From positions 142,961 to 206,960 of the forward strand of contig DATKWK010000023.1 of the NCBI GenBank assembly GCA_035529595.1: a stretch of DNA of 64,000 nt, written 5' to 3'. Each line of letters opens with the position of its first letter. The stretch's first letter is position 1. Below the pieces are notes generated by a model. The model saw only the letters and a list, made by a program, of their open reading frames with translations. It did not search any database and was not told the DNA's origin. Position numbers and translations under genes: made by a program. This DNA is from Candidatus Bathyarchaeia archaeon (GTDB lineage: Bacteria; Patescibacteriota; Microgenomatia; PFEM01; JAFGMK01). Positions 18,147 to 26,730 of the stretch are shown one piece after another.

Positions 18147-19058
18147 ATGGGGATAGAAAAAGTCTTGGAAAATTTAGAAGAGCTTTTTAGCCGATGGGGA
18201 GTCGCCAGCTGCGATTGGGTATTTACTGCAGAATATGCTCTCAAACTTTTGGGGTATGACGTGTTGGTAAGAGAGGGGCATCTAACTATTCAGGTTAACA
18301 AGACGAAAATTCCTTGGAAAATTGGAGAAGCGCTTGAAACTCATCCCTCTGTAAATACAAAATTTTCCAAGGAATACTTGCGGTTTCAAGAAAAAACCGG
18401 TTTTGAATTTGATATGGCTCCGGTATCCTCCGAAGATTTCAAAAGAAAAGCCAAATACACTGTTTTATACACTCTTCCTAATGGAAGACAGATACGGGTA
18501 CAAACCCCCGAAGGTGGGTTGGAGGAGTTAGAAATTATACTTGCTTCATGTACCGATGAGGGCTGGGGAGCCGAAAAAGGTTTTAGAATTATGGCTTGCG
18601 TTGAAGATGAGTTGAAGGCATTGTTAAAGAAAGGAGAAATCAAGCTGGCAAAAAAGTATGAGATGTTGATTAAGAAATATAGCCGTTTTAGAAAGGCAAA
18701 GAAATTAAATGTTTCCAAAGATTTTACAAAAATAAGGGAATTCACCGGCATAGTGGCATCTAAGGGTAAGGTGAAGGGAATAGCGAACGTTATCCTTAAT
18801 CCTGAAATAACAAAGAAATTTGAGAAAGGCGAGATATTAGTTACAACCATGACTTCGCCAAAATTTACTATCTTTTATAAGAAGACCTCTGCAATTGTTA
18901 CGGACGGTGGTGGGGCACTTTGTCATGCGGCCATTGTGGCGCGAGAGATGAAAATTCCTTGTATCGTTGGCACGAAAATTGCAACCAAGGTCTTGAAAGA
19001 CGGTGATTATGTAGAGTTTGATGCGATCACGGGCACGGTAAGGAAAACGGAGAAGTGA
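18147..19058 (+). CDS. PEP-utilising-enzyme mobile (phosphohistidine swivel) domain protein with unknown N-terminal domain
   Basis: C-terminal TDGGGALCHAAIVAREMKIPCIVG matches the PEP-utilizers His domain (TDxGGxxSHAAIxARExGIPxVVG). A -35/-10 promoter (TTAACA 18108-18113 / TATAAT 18132-18137) lies upstream. Confidence 0.65.
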   Translation: MGIEKVLENLEELFSRWGVASCDWVFTAEYALKLLGYDVLVREGHLTIQVNKTKIPWKIGEALETHPSVNTKFSKEYLRFQEKTGFEFDMAPVSSEDFKRKAKYTVLYTLPNGRQIRVQTPEGGLEELEIILASCTDEGWGAEKGFRIMACVEDELKALLKKGEIKLAKKYEMLIKKYSRFRKAKKLNVSKDFTKIREFTGIVASKGKVKGIANVILNPEITKKFEKGEILVTTMTSPKFTIFYKKTSAIVTDGGGALCHAAIVAREMKIPCIVGTKIATKVLKDGDYVEFDAITGTVRKTEK

Positions 19059-19098
19059 GAAATTATTAAATTTTTTTTGAAAAAGACAATAGAAGGAA

Positions 19099-19926
19099 AT
19101 GATCCAAGAAGATCTGACAAGTAGTCAGAATGAGCCAGAAGGCGTTTTAGATGTGAAGCCTACTAATCTGCAAGAATTATTATCTAGGGGTATTATGCGA
19201 AATACAGAGGGCGCTGATTTTAGAGACACCTCAATAATTGTTTTAAGACACGCTGACGAAAGAGAAGATAGTGAGGGACGAACGATAGGAATATCGGATG
19301 AAGGAAATGCTCAAATAAGTTCTGCCGTTGGTGGAGTCGCTGCTGCATTAAGAAAGGTGGGGACTGACATTATAATAAAATTTTATTCAAGTCCTAATAA
19401 ATGGGCTGAAGTTACAGCTGGACATATGATTGAGGAGATCGAAGGCGGAATAGAAAATGGTAGTTGGCCCAGAAACGTTCGCTTGTTAAGTATCCCTGGT
19501 TCGAGACAAAAACCAAGAAAAAGACAGAAAGTCACAAGGGATATTCTCGTTGACAGGAGTGATGTAAAGAGTATTTTGGCTGAAAGAGAAAGTAGAAGAA
19601 AAGCTGGTGAAGGAGTTGAATTTAGTACTGTTCTAATTGAAAAGGACAGGCGAGGCGAATTGCAACCAGGGACCGAGGGAAGAGAATTGGTAGTCAGACG
19701 ATTGACTGAAGTTGTCGGGCGTTTACAAAAGATTAACGAAAGAATTCTCGATAAAGGTGAAAAACTGCTTTTAATACTTATTACACATAATATTTATTTT
19801 GAAGCATTTTTAGGCGAGAAAGCCGAAGGTTGTCAGGGCGTACGAATAGATTTACCTCTTAAGGCTGAGGAGAAACTAGTTCTTGTGGGTGCAAATAATA
19901 GCAGAGAGCTGGATTGGCAGGTTTGA
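19099..19926 (+). CDS. Histidine-phosphatase-fold protein (SixA/PGM branch-like, divergent)
   Basis: IIVLRHADE (RHG-like), SSPNKWAEVTA (SPxxRAxxT-like) and LILITHN (second catalytic His region). Sits 40 nt downstream of the PEP-domain gene. Confidence 0.4.
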   Translation: MIQEDLTSSQNEPEGVLDVKPTNLQELLSRGIMRNTEGADFRDTSIIVLRHADEREDSEGRTIGISDEGNAQISSAVGGVAAALRKVGTDIIIKFYSSPNKWAEVTAGHMIEEIEGGIENGSWPRNVRLLSIPGSRQKPRKRQKVTRDILVDRSDVKSILAERESRRKAGEGVEFSTVLIEKDRRGELQPGTEGRELVVRRLTEVVGRLQKINERILDKGEKLLLILITHNIYFEAFLGEKAEGCQGVRIDLPLKAEEKLVLVGANNSRELDWQV

Positions 19927-19972
19927 AATTTAGATTAAATCTGATTGTGGACTTTTACAATGGTAATCTCAT

Positions 19973-20491
19973 TTACTTTCCAAGGTGCGTTGGGGTGAAA
20001 CTGAAAGGCAAAAGAATCTTCAGCGAGGTTACAGCCAGAGGCCTGCCTTCGGGATCGACATCAATTACTAAGGCATTATCGCAATGTTCCACAGTTTCCT
20101 GTCGACAAGCACCGCAAGGAGCTGACTCTCCAGAATGGCAAACAACTAGGGCGACAACGAACTGGCGTCCATTTCCTGCTTCACCTTCGTTTATGGCTGT
20201 ATTGATAGCATTACTTTCCGCGTGTCCAGTTTGTGAATAACTCACCACTTCCGTATTCGCGCCTGCGTATATTTCTCCAGAAGAACAAAGAACGGCTGCG
20301 CCGACGGGGTAGCCAGAGTAAGGAACGTAAGCATTAGACCTAACTTCTACAGCCGCAGCAATAAGTTCCAGTAGTTTTTCTTCTCCAATCCTTTCAATCT
20401 CCGATGCTATCCACAAACGCTCTGTGTCGATTTCATCTGGGGACGGAACCTTAATTGCATCTCGAATATTTGTTAGAGACTCTATTCCCAT
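19973..20491 (-). CDS. cdd: Cytidine/deoxycytidylate deaminase family protein (small, tetrameric-Cdd-like)
   Basis: Zinc-binding HAE (GHAESNAI) and PCGACRQ motifs. LLPFSF C-terminal region. The locus looks G/C-richer than its surroundings. Confidence 0.7.
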   Translation of the reverse strand: MGIESLTNIRDAIKVPSPDEIDTERLWIASEIERIGEEKLLELIAAAVEVRSNAYVPYSGYPVGAAVLCSSGEIYAGANTEVVSYSQTGHAESNAINTAINEGEAGNGRQFVVALVVCHSGESAPCGACRQETVEHCDNALVIDVDPEGRPLAVTSLKILLPFSFTPTHLGK

Positions 20492-20556
20492 GTTTAACGC
20501 AGTACGATAATAATCATTATAAAGTTAGCTGACTTAACGGATTATATCATTATCTT

Positions 20557-21357
20557 CTATTCTATTGGGAGGTAGATTTCAAAAAATTGTAGCGTTATGT
20601 CTTGGTTCACCTCTCTATAAATCTCAAAATCTGGTATATCCTTTTTTATCTTGAGGTTGTTTAGTTTACAGTACTTTTCAAGCTCCTTCCAGAATAATGA
20701 AAGCAAACTGCCCGAGCCATTGTGGGTATAAGTTATCACCTTACCTGGGTTATATTCCATATGCTTAACTACGTCTTTATACTGTTCTTTCACTCTCATG
20801 GCTTCATTTGCTAGGACGCCTACCTTAATTCTACTTTGTTTAGGCTGATAGGTAGGGTCTTCAAATAAAGCAAGAGTTGTAAAGCTGCTACCCTTATTCT
20901 CAAACATATCTGAAAGCTCTTGACAATATTCACCAATTTTTGCATAAGGGCCTTCTTTATCTGTGTAATAGACTCCAAAAGGGGACAGAATCTTGATTTT
21001 TGGGTCAACCATGGTTCCATTTGTCTTTAAATTATTTAAAAATTTTTCAAGATTCCTTAAGTTAAACTGAAGTTCATCTATCTGTTTCTTAATGAGAGCC
21101 TTTTTGTCATTAAATAATTCAGGAAGGCTACCCCTTCGTTTCAAATAGAGTTTAATCTCATCCAAAGATACACCAAAAGTAGTTAGGAGAAGGATCATCT
21201 GATAATCAAGAACCTGTTGTTCTTTATAGTAGCGATACTTCTTACTATTTATCCGAACAGGCTTCAAGACGCCTTTTTCACCATAGAAAAGAATCGTCCT
21301 TTTGGTGGTATTGGCTAACTTGGCAAATTCTCCGGTGGTGATATAATCGTTTTTCAT
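20557..21357 (-). CDS. MerR-family transcriptional regulator with C-terminal effector-binding domain (BmrR/TipA-like)
   Basis: N-terminal HTH YITTGEFAKLANTTKRTILFYGEKGVLKPVRINSKKYRYYKEQQVLDYQMILLL. Start chosen at 21357 (MKNDY), not the track start at 21420. Confidence 0.7.
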   Translation of the reverse strand: MKNDYITTGEFAKLANTTKRTILFYGEKGVLKPVRINSKKYRYYKEQQVLDYQMILLLTTFGVSLDEIKLYLKRRGSLPELFNDKKALIKKQIDELQFNLRNLEKFLNNLKTNGTMVDPKIKILSPFGVYYTDKEGPYAKIGEYCQELSDMFENKGSSFTTLALFEDPTYQPKQSRIKVGVLANEAMRVKEQYKDVVKHMEYNPGKVITYTHNGSGSLLSLFWKELEKYCKLNNLKIKKDIPDFEIYREVNQDITLQFFEIYLPIE

Positions 21358-21365
21358 ATTGTCTA

Positions 21366-21396
21366 TTGACAATGACGTTACGTTATAGTTTATTAT
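21366..21396 (+). promoter_or_regulatory. MerR-type promoter with 19-bp spacer: TTGACA (21366-21371), 19 nt, TATTAT (21391-21396), driving the SDR gene
   Basis: The spacer length is read directly. A 19-bp spacing is the hallmark of MerR-regulated promoters, and the regulator is divergently transcribed. Confidence 0.55.
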
Positions 21397-21437
21397 CCGC
21401 TGAGAATGAAGAATTGTCAATTAAAAAGGAGGTAAAA

Positions 21438-22235
21438 ATGAAAAAAAGAAATAAAGTAGCTTTAGTTACTGGTGGAGCTTTAGGATTTAAGGATGGTGGG
21501 CCGTCGATTGGTGGAGCAATTACTATCAGATTAGCCAAAGATGGTTATAACGTAGTCGTCTTGGATTCTTGCTCGATGGGAGAAAAAACGATTGAGGTCA
21601 TTAAGAATAATGGCGGTGAAGGAGTTTTTGTAGCTGGAGATGTTGGTACCACAGTTGATATTAAGATGGCAATTGAGATAGCCAAAAAGAATTTCGGTGG
21701 CTTAAATTGCCTGGTTAATTGTGCGGCTCGTTATACTTCTGGTATGGCCAAAAATGTGGTTGAAATCTCAGAAGACGAATGGGAGAAAACCCTTCGCGTT
21801 AATCTGGGCGGCTATTTTCGGACTGCCAAATACGCAATTCCGGTGCTGCTTAAATCCGGCGGAGGAACGATTATAAATATCTCCTCTAATGCCGCTTTTA
21901 CTGCTCTGCCAGATTTTAGTATCTACTCGGTTTCGAAAGCGGCAATTAATGGCTTAACCAGATCTTTGGCAGTTGATTTTGCGCCCAAGATAAGAACTAA
22001 CGCGATTTGCCCGGGTTTTGTCAGAATAGCTAATTCGCAGAATAATCGAGGTCGAAAAGAATTGGAAGAATGGTATAACAGAATTGCTAAGCGCTACCCA
22101 ATGAAGCGAGTTTGTGAAGTCGAAGAAATTGCCAGCGTTGCTTCTTTTTTAGCAAGCGATGAGTCGTTCTATATTAACGGAACTACAATTGTCGTTGATG
22201 GTGGTTATTTGGCCGCCGACAGTCATGAATTCTGA
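21438..22235 (+). CDS. Short-chain dehydrogenase/reductase (SDR)
   Basis: VALVTGGALG Rossmann motif, NAAF and YSVSK (YxxxK) catalytic motif. A strong RBS AAAGGAGG sits 8 nt upstream of the ATG at 21438. Confidence 0.8.
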   Translation: MKKRNKVALVTGGALGFKDGGPSIGGAITIRLAKDGYNVVVLDSCSMGEKTIEVIKNNGGEGVFVAGDVGTTVDIKMAIEIAKKNFGGLNCLVNCAARYTSGMAKNVVEISEDEWEKTLRVNLGGYFRTAKYAIPVLLKSGGGTIINISSNAAFTALPDFSIYSVSKAAINGLTRSLAVDFAPKIRTNAICPGFVRIANSQNNRGRKELEEWYNRIAKRYPMKRVCEVEEIASVASFLASDESFYINGTTIVVDGGYLAADSHEF

Positions 22236-22322
22236 TTCTACATAAAGAGCGGAATGTCGTCATACCGACACCGGATTATGCCCTTTTTGAAGTTTAGGCA
22301 GATTTTAAATAAGTGCCTAACT

Positions 22323-22406
22323 ATGATTAAAGTCAAAGATTTATTTTTTTCTTTTGCGGAAAAAGCTTTTACTTTAGAATTGCTGAAAAAAGTAGCTGAG
22401 GTATAA
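22323..22406 (+). pseudogene. Remnant of a second ABC-F paralog: first about 17 codons fused directly to last about 8 codons (internal deletion of about 1.4 kb)
   Basis: ATGATTAAAGTCAAAGATTTATTTTTTTCTTTTGCGGAAAAAGC parallels the start of the 6793 gene. ...TTGCTGAAAAAAGTAGCTGAGGTATAA parallels its last codons (LLEKVAEV*). The upstream leader GCAGATTTTAAATAAG is also shared. Confidence 0.65.
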
Positions 22407-22483
22407 AGCTGCTTCAGTCTGGTTGAGAAAAGTGTTATTAACAACTTTAAGAATTTTTAGCTGACCAAGAGATTAAAAAGAAA

Positions 22484-22876
22484 ATGGATTTGCTGATTAA
22501 GGTTGGTTCGGATTATTTGGAAGTCGGACAGACACTTGATACTTTGTCCGGCGGTGAATCGCAAAGATTAAAATTGGCCAGCCGATTGCAGCGACAGGGC
22601 GAGTTTTATATTTTGGATGAACCGACTTCCGGCTTACATTTTGCCGATATTGAAAAATTATTGACCTTGTTTAACCGATTAGTTGATAACGGTAATACCG
22701 TCTTGATTGTGGAACATAATCTTGACGTGATTTAAAATGCCGATTGGCTAATTGATTTAGGACCGGAAGGAGGAGTAAATGGAGGCAGGCTTATCGCTCA
22801 GGGAACACCGGAAGATGTTAGCAAAGTAGCCGATTCTTATACCGGTCAATACTTAAATGAAACAGCTGGAAATTAA
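22484..22876 (+). pseudogene. uvrA: uvrA C-terminal fragment (about 130 aa) with in-frame TAA at 22733-22735
   Basis: [16 protein letters not shown]...[19 protein letters not shown]...[26 protein letters not shown]...GTPEDV reproduces the UvrA second ABC signature/Walker B/H-loop and C-terminus. There is no upstream approximately 800-aa portion. The stop replaces a conserved Lys. Confidence 0.7.
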
Positions 22877-22877
22877 G

Positions 22878-23443
22878 ATGCATAAAAAAATTGCTAAAAA
22901 GATCTATCTTTTGTTGGAGTTACTGGCCAAAGGCGGTAGTTCAGTGATTCTCAAAAGTAAACAAGAATATGAAATTATGACTTTAGACTTAACCACATTG
23001 GTTTTTGTTACCCGGTTTCTTCTTTGAAAAAAGAGAAAGATGAAATTACCCTTGAAGCGCGTCAAAAAGCCCTTGCTTTATATCAGCTAGACTCGAATAA
23101 TAATACTCCCTGGTGGTTTATCGGAGATATTACCAATTGGCGCGATTCCATGCTTGAAGCCTTGCCGGTTGAAGGGAAAATCGAGGACCGGGAAAAAGGC
23201 TATTGGTTGCCCCATATTCATTTTGATTTTGATACTAATTTAGTTTATGAAGATATTGAGCAAATTAGCCATCGGATTTTTAAAGGGACAAGAAAATTAA
23301 CGCCTTTGGTTTACGACGGTTTTGTTACTCAAGCCAGGTTGTGGCAAGGCGTTATTAGCGGTGTTAATATCCATTTGGATTTAGGCACGGCAGCCAGAAA
23401 CACCAGGTATGTTAGAAAGGTAATGCTAACCAAAATTAAGTAG
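22878..23443 (+). pseudogene. Hypothetical gene split by a 1-nt frameshift at a T/A homopolymer junction (about 23019-23031)
   Basis: ORF 22878..23027 (MHKKIAKKIYLLLELLAKGG...) and ORF 23024..23443 are in adjacent frames. Adding one T to CTTCTTTG fuses them (...FLLLKKEKDEI...). Function unknown. Confidence 0.35.
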
Positions 23444-23581
23444 TATTCTACGAATATCGTTTTATAATTTAGGTTTGGTTTCTTACTAACAGATTTAAGG
23501 AATGAGATAATTACTTTATAAAAAATTTCGGGTTTAGCATATCTGAAGTTTGAATTTTAACAAAAATGTTAAAATACGCTC

Positions 23582-24652
23582 ATGAGTCTTTCTGTCGGGA
23601 TAGTCGGGCTGCCGAATGCAGGTAAGTCGACTCTTTTTAATGCTCTGTTGGGGTGTCAGATTGCCGAAGTAGCCGAACGTCCCTTTACCACGATTGAGCC
23701 AAATACGGGCGTGGTTGTCATCCCTGACTCGCGTCTTGAAAGGTTAGGACAGTTGATTAAGCCCGAAAAGTTAGTGTCGGCAACTATCAAATTTATCGAT
23801 ATTGCCGGTCTAGTCAAGGGTGCTCATAAGGGAGAGGGTTTAGGTAATCAGTTTCTATCCCAGATACGATTCTGTGATGCAATTCTTCATCTGGTACGGG
23901 CCTTTTCTAATCCACGCGTTGTCCGTCCCGAAGAAAGTCTTAATCCGCTGGCGGATGCCGAAATCGTTAATTTGGAAATGGCCTTGGCTGATTTGGAAAT
24001 CGTCGAGCGAAGTTTGATCGAAGCTAAAAAAAAAGCCCGGGTTAACTCGGACATGGCAGCGTTGGTCGGGGTTCTTGAAAAAATTAAAGCCGCACTCGGT
24101 AAAGACCAGGTAACTATCAGAACTCAGTTGACAGATGAAGAAAAAGAAATAATCAAGGAGCTTAATTTGCTGACCTTAAAGCCAATGATTTATATTTTAA
24201 ATGTTGATGAGTCCGGCCGGGGGCAGGATAAGAATCTGCCTTCATCTTTTCCAGTATTAGAAATTTGTGCTGCTTTGCAAGCTGAATTAACCGGTCTTGA
24301 AAATAGTGAGAGGCAAGAATTTGCAGGTGAATTTGGTTTAGAAGAGGGAGCTTTAAACCAGCTGATAAAAGAGGCCTATCAATTGTTGGATTTGATTACT
24401 TTTTACACTATTAAGGGTGGTAAAGAAGTTCATGCTTGGCCGATTAGAAAAGGCACCAAGGCTGTTGTCGCCGCCGGGCAGGTTCATACTGACATGGCCC
24501 GAGGCTTTATCAAAGCGGAGGTTATCAATGTCGATCAATTATTATCAATCGGTAGTTGGCAAAGGAGCAAAGAATTAGGAAAACTGCAACTGCAAGGTAA
24601 AGATTACAAAGTTACCGATGGCGATGTAGTCGAATTTAAGTTCTCCAATTGA
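23582..24652 (+). CDS. ychF: Ribosome-binding ATPase YchF (Obg-like GTPase family)
   Basis: GIVGLPNAGKSTLFNALL G1 motif, NxxE-type G4 region and C-terminal TGS domain (...VHTDMARGFIKAEV...). Confidence 0.85.
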   Translation: MSLSVGIVGLPNAGKSTLFNALLGCQIAEVAERPFTTIEPNTGVVVIPDSRLERLGQLIKPEKLVSATIKFIDIAGLVKGAHKGEGLGNQFLSQIRFCDAILHLVRAFSNPRVVRPEESLNPLADAEIVNLEMALADLEIVERSLIEAKKKARVNSDMAALVGVLEKIKAALGKDQVTIRTQLTDEEKEIIKELNLLTLKPMIYILNVDESGRGQDKNLPSSFPVLEICAALQAELTGLENSERQEFAGEFGLEEGALNQLIKEAYQLLDLITFYTIKGGKEVHAWPIRKGTKAVVAAGQVHTDMARGFIKAEVINVDQLLSIGSWQRSKELGKLQLQGKDYKVTDGDVVEFKFSN

Positions 24653-24755
24653 GCTCTTTTTCGTATTTTACTTTTGTAAGCTTTGTGCTATACTCTAAAC
24701 AGTATTATCAAAGCTAAATTTAATAAATTTGGTTGTAAAAGTTAATTGAATTCAA

Positions 24756-25055
24756 ATGAAAACCTACGAATTGGTTTTGGTTTTTAACCCGGAGATAGGG
24801 GAAGACAAAATCAAACAAAATTTAGAATCGATCAATAAGACCATTGCTTCTTTGAAGGGCGAAGTAAAAAAAACAGTTGCTTGGGGGAGACGGGAATTGG
24901 CTTATTCCATCAAGAAAATTAATCAGGGAAGCTATTTTTTATTGGTTATAAACCTTCCTCCTGACGCTCCTCGCGAGATCGGAAAGAAATTAAAACTCAA
25001 CAGTGATCTGATTCGTTATTTACTCGTCAGTTGTAAAGACTTGATAGGAGGTTAA
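24756..25055 (+). CDS. rpsF: 30S ribosomal protein S6
   Basis: MKTYELVLVFNPEIGEDK...; the canonical rpsF-ssb-rpsR context. Confidence 0.85.
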   Translation: MKTYELVLVFNPEIGEDKIKQNLESINKTIASLKGEVKKTVAWGRRELAYSIKKINQGSYFLLVINLPPDAPREIGKKLKLNSDLIRYLLVSCKDLIGG

Positions 25056-25056
25056 A

Positions 25057-25641
25057 ATGGCGTCGCGTTCACTCAATCGGGTTCAGTTGATCGGGAATTT
25101 AACGCGGGATCCGGAACTTCGGTATACTCCGCAGGGGACGGCAGTTTGCACTTTTAGTTTAGCGACTAATCGAGGCTGGGTAACCGAAGGCGGTGAGAAA
25201 AAAGAGGAAACCGAGTTCCATCGGGTTGTCGCCTGGAATAAGCTGGCCGAAATTTGCGCTCAGTTTCTTTCTAAAGGTAGAAAGGTTTTTGCCGAAGGTC
25301 GTTTGCAAACACGGCAATGGACTACTCAGGATGGTTCTCCGCGACAGACAACAGAAATAGTTATTAGTGAAATGATTATTTTAGATCCAAGAAGAAAGGA
25401 ACGGGAATTGTCGGAAGATGTCTCTGTTTCTGCGCCCGAAGAGTTTCCTGTCGAATCCGGAAAAGAAGATATATCAAGGGCCGGTAAAGTCAGCAAAGGA
25501 AAAACGAGTTCTCCGCAAGTTTCCGAGCCGGTCAATGAAAAAAAGAAAAAAACAGGCGATAAAAAAGCCGCTAAAGAAGAGGGTGAACCGGAGCAGAAAG
25601 AAGATAAGGAGGCAGTCAGTGAAGACGATATTCCTTTTTAA
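25057..25641 (+). CDS. ssb: Single-stranded DNA-binding protein
   Basis: OB-fold N-terminus LNRVQLIGNLTRDPELRYTPQGTAVCTFSLATN and acidic C-terminal tail ...EDDIPF. Confidence 0.9.
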   Translation: MASRSLNRVQLIGNLTRDPELRYTPQGTAVCTFSLATNRGWVTEGGEKKEETEFHRVVAWNKLAEICAQFLSKGRKVFAEGRLQTRQWTTQDGSPRQTTEIVISEMIILDPRRKERELSEDVSVSAPEEFPVESGKEDISRAGKVSKGKTSSPQVSEPVNEKKKKTGDKKAAKEEGEPEQKEDKEAVSEDDIPF

Positions 25642-25656
25642 CCTTTTAATTGAAAA

Positions 25657-25899
25657 ATGATTAGAGCTCGAAATAGAAAAAAAGACTACCAAATTAACGA
25701 GTGCGCTTTTTGCAGTAATAAGATTGAACCTGACTATAAGGAGGCCGAGGTTTTGGGACGTTTCTTAACGGATCGAGGCAATATAATCTCTAGATCACGA
25801 AGCGGTACCTGTTCCCGGCATCAGCGGTATTTGGTGCAACAAATTAAAAGAGCACGTCATTTAGCTCTTCTTCCATTTTTGGCAAGAGTAAAAAAATAA
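25657..25899 (+). CDS. rpsR: 30S ribosomal protein S18
   Basis: ...RFLTDRGNIISRSRSGTCSRHQRYLVQQIKRARHLALLPF is a typical S18. Confidence 0.85.
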   Translation: MIRARNRKKDYQINECAFCSNKIEPDYKEAEVLGRFLTDRGNIISRSRSGTCSRHQRYLVQQIKRARHLALLPFLARVKK

Positions 25900-25905
25900 T
25901 TCCTT

Positions 25906-26730
25906 ATGGCTGCCCAAACTTTTTTTAAGAAAACTTCCTACGAATTACCCGTTGCCCTTTGGGGAAAGGTAAATTGGCGGGTAAAAAAGGATCAGTCAGT
26001 TTCCGAAGATGAAATAATTGCCAAGATTGATGAGGTGGCAAAAGAAAAAGTCGATCTGGCGAGAGTCTTTGGAATTAAGGGGAAAAAGTGTCTTAATTTG
26101 TTAGTTAAAAAGTTGGGAGAAGACGTTAATAAGGGAGAGCTGATTGCCCAAAAAAAATCAATTTTCGGATCAAAAAAAGTTTATTCTCCGATTAAAGGAA
26201 AGCTCGAATCTTTGAGCGAAGATGGACAGTTACAGATTGTCTTTTCTTCCGGGAAGGAAATAACGACCGATTTTGCCGGCAAGATAAATAAAAGTACTGA
26301 TAAGGAAATAATAATTTCATTTGAGGCTTTGGAGGCGATAGGAATTTGGGGAATCGGAAATAGAATCAGCGGTCAATTGAAGTTAATTGAAGCTGATTTA
26401 GGTAAGGAGGATGTTTTTTCGATCAAAACCGATGCTTTGGAAAGAATTTTGCTGATTAAAGGAAAAATTAGCAGAGCGTTTTGGTTTAAGGCTCTTAGTC
26501 TGGGAGCGTCGGGTGTCGTCTGCGGCAACCTTTCGAAAGGAGGATTTCGGAAACTTCTCCTTCAGCAACAATCCATAATTGAAAAGAGCCGGAAACCCAC
26601 TGTTTTTCCCTCCTTGATAGTGATGAGTAATCAAGAGATTGAAGATGCTATCTGGCAGGAATTTAAAAAGTTAGCAGGAAAAAAGGTTTTAGTAGAAGGT
26701 GAAAAATCTCGTTTGGTGATACCGATATGA
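25906..26730 (+). CDS. Hypothetical protein (occupies the position usually held by rplI)
   Basis: The 274-aa protein has no L9 signature and no recognisable motif. Confidence 0.45.
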   Translation: MAAQTFFKKTSYELPVALWGKVNWRVKKDQSVSEDEIIAKIDEVAKEKVDLARVFGIKGKKCLNLLVKKLGEDVNKGELIAQKKSIFGSKKVYSPIKGKLESLSEDGQLQIVFSSGKEITTDFAGKINKSTDKEIIISFEALEAIGIWGIGNRISGQLKLIEADLGKEDVFSIKTDALERILLIKGKISRAFWFKALSLGASGVVCGNLSKGGFRKLLLQQQSIIEKSRKPTVFPSLIVMSNQEIEDAIWQEFKKLAGKKVLVEGEKSRLVIPI

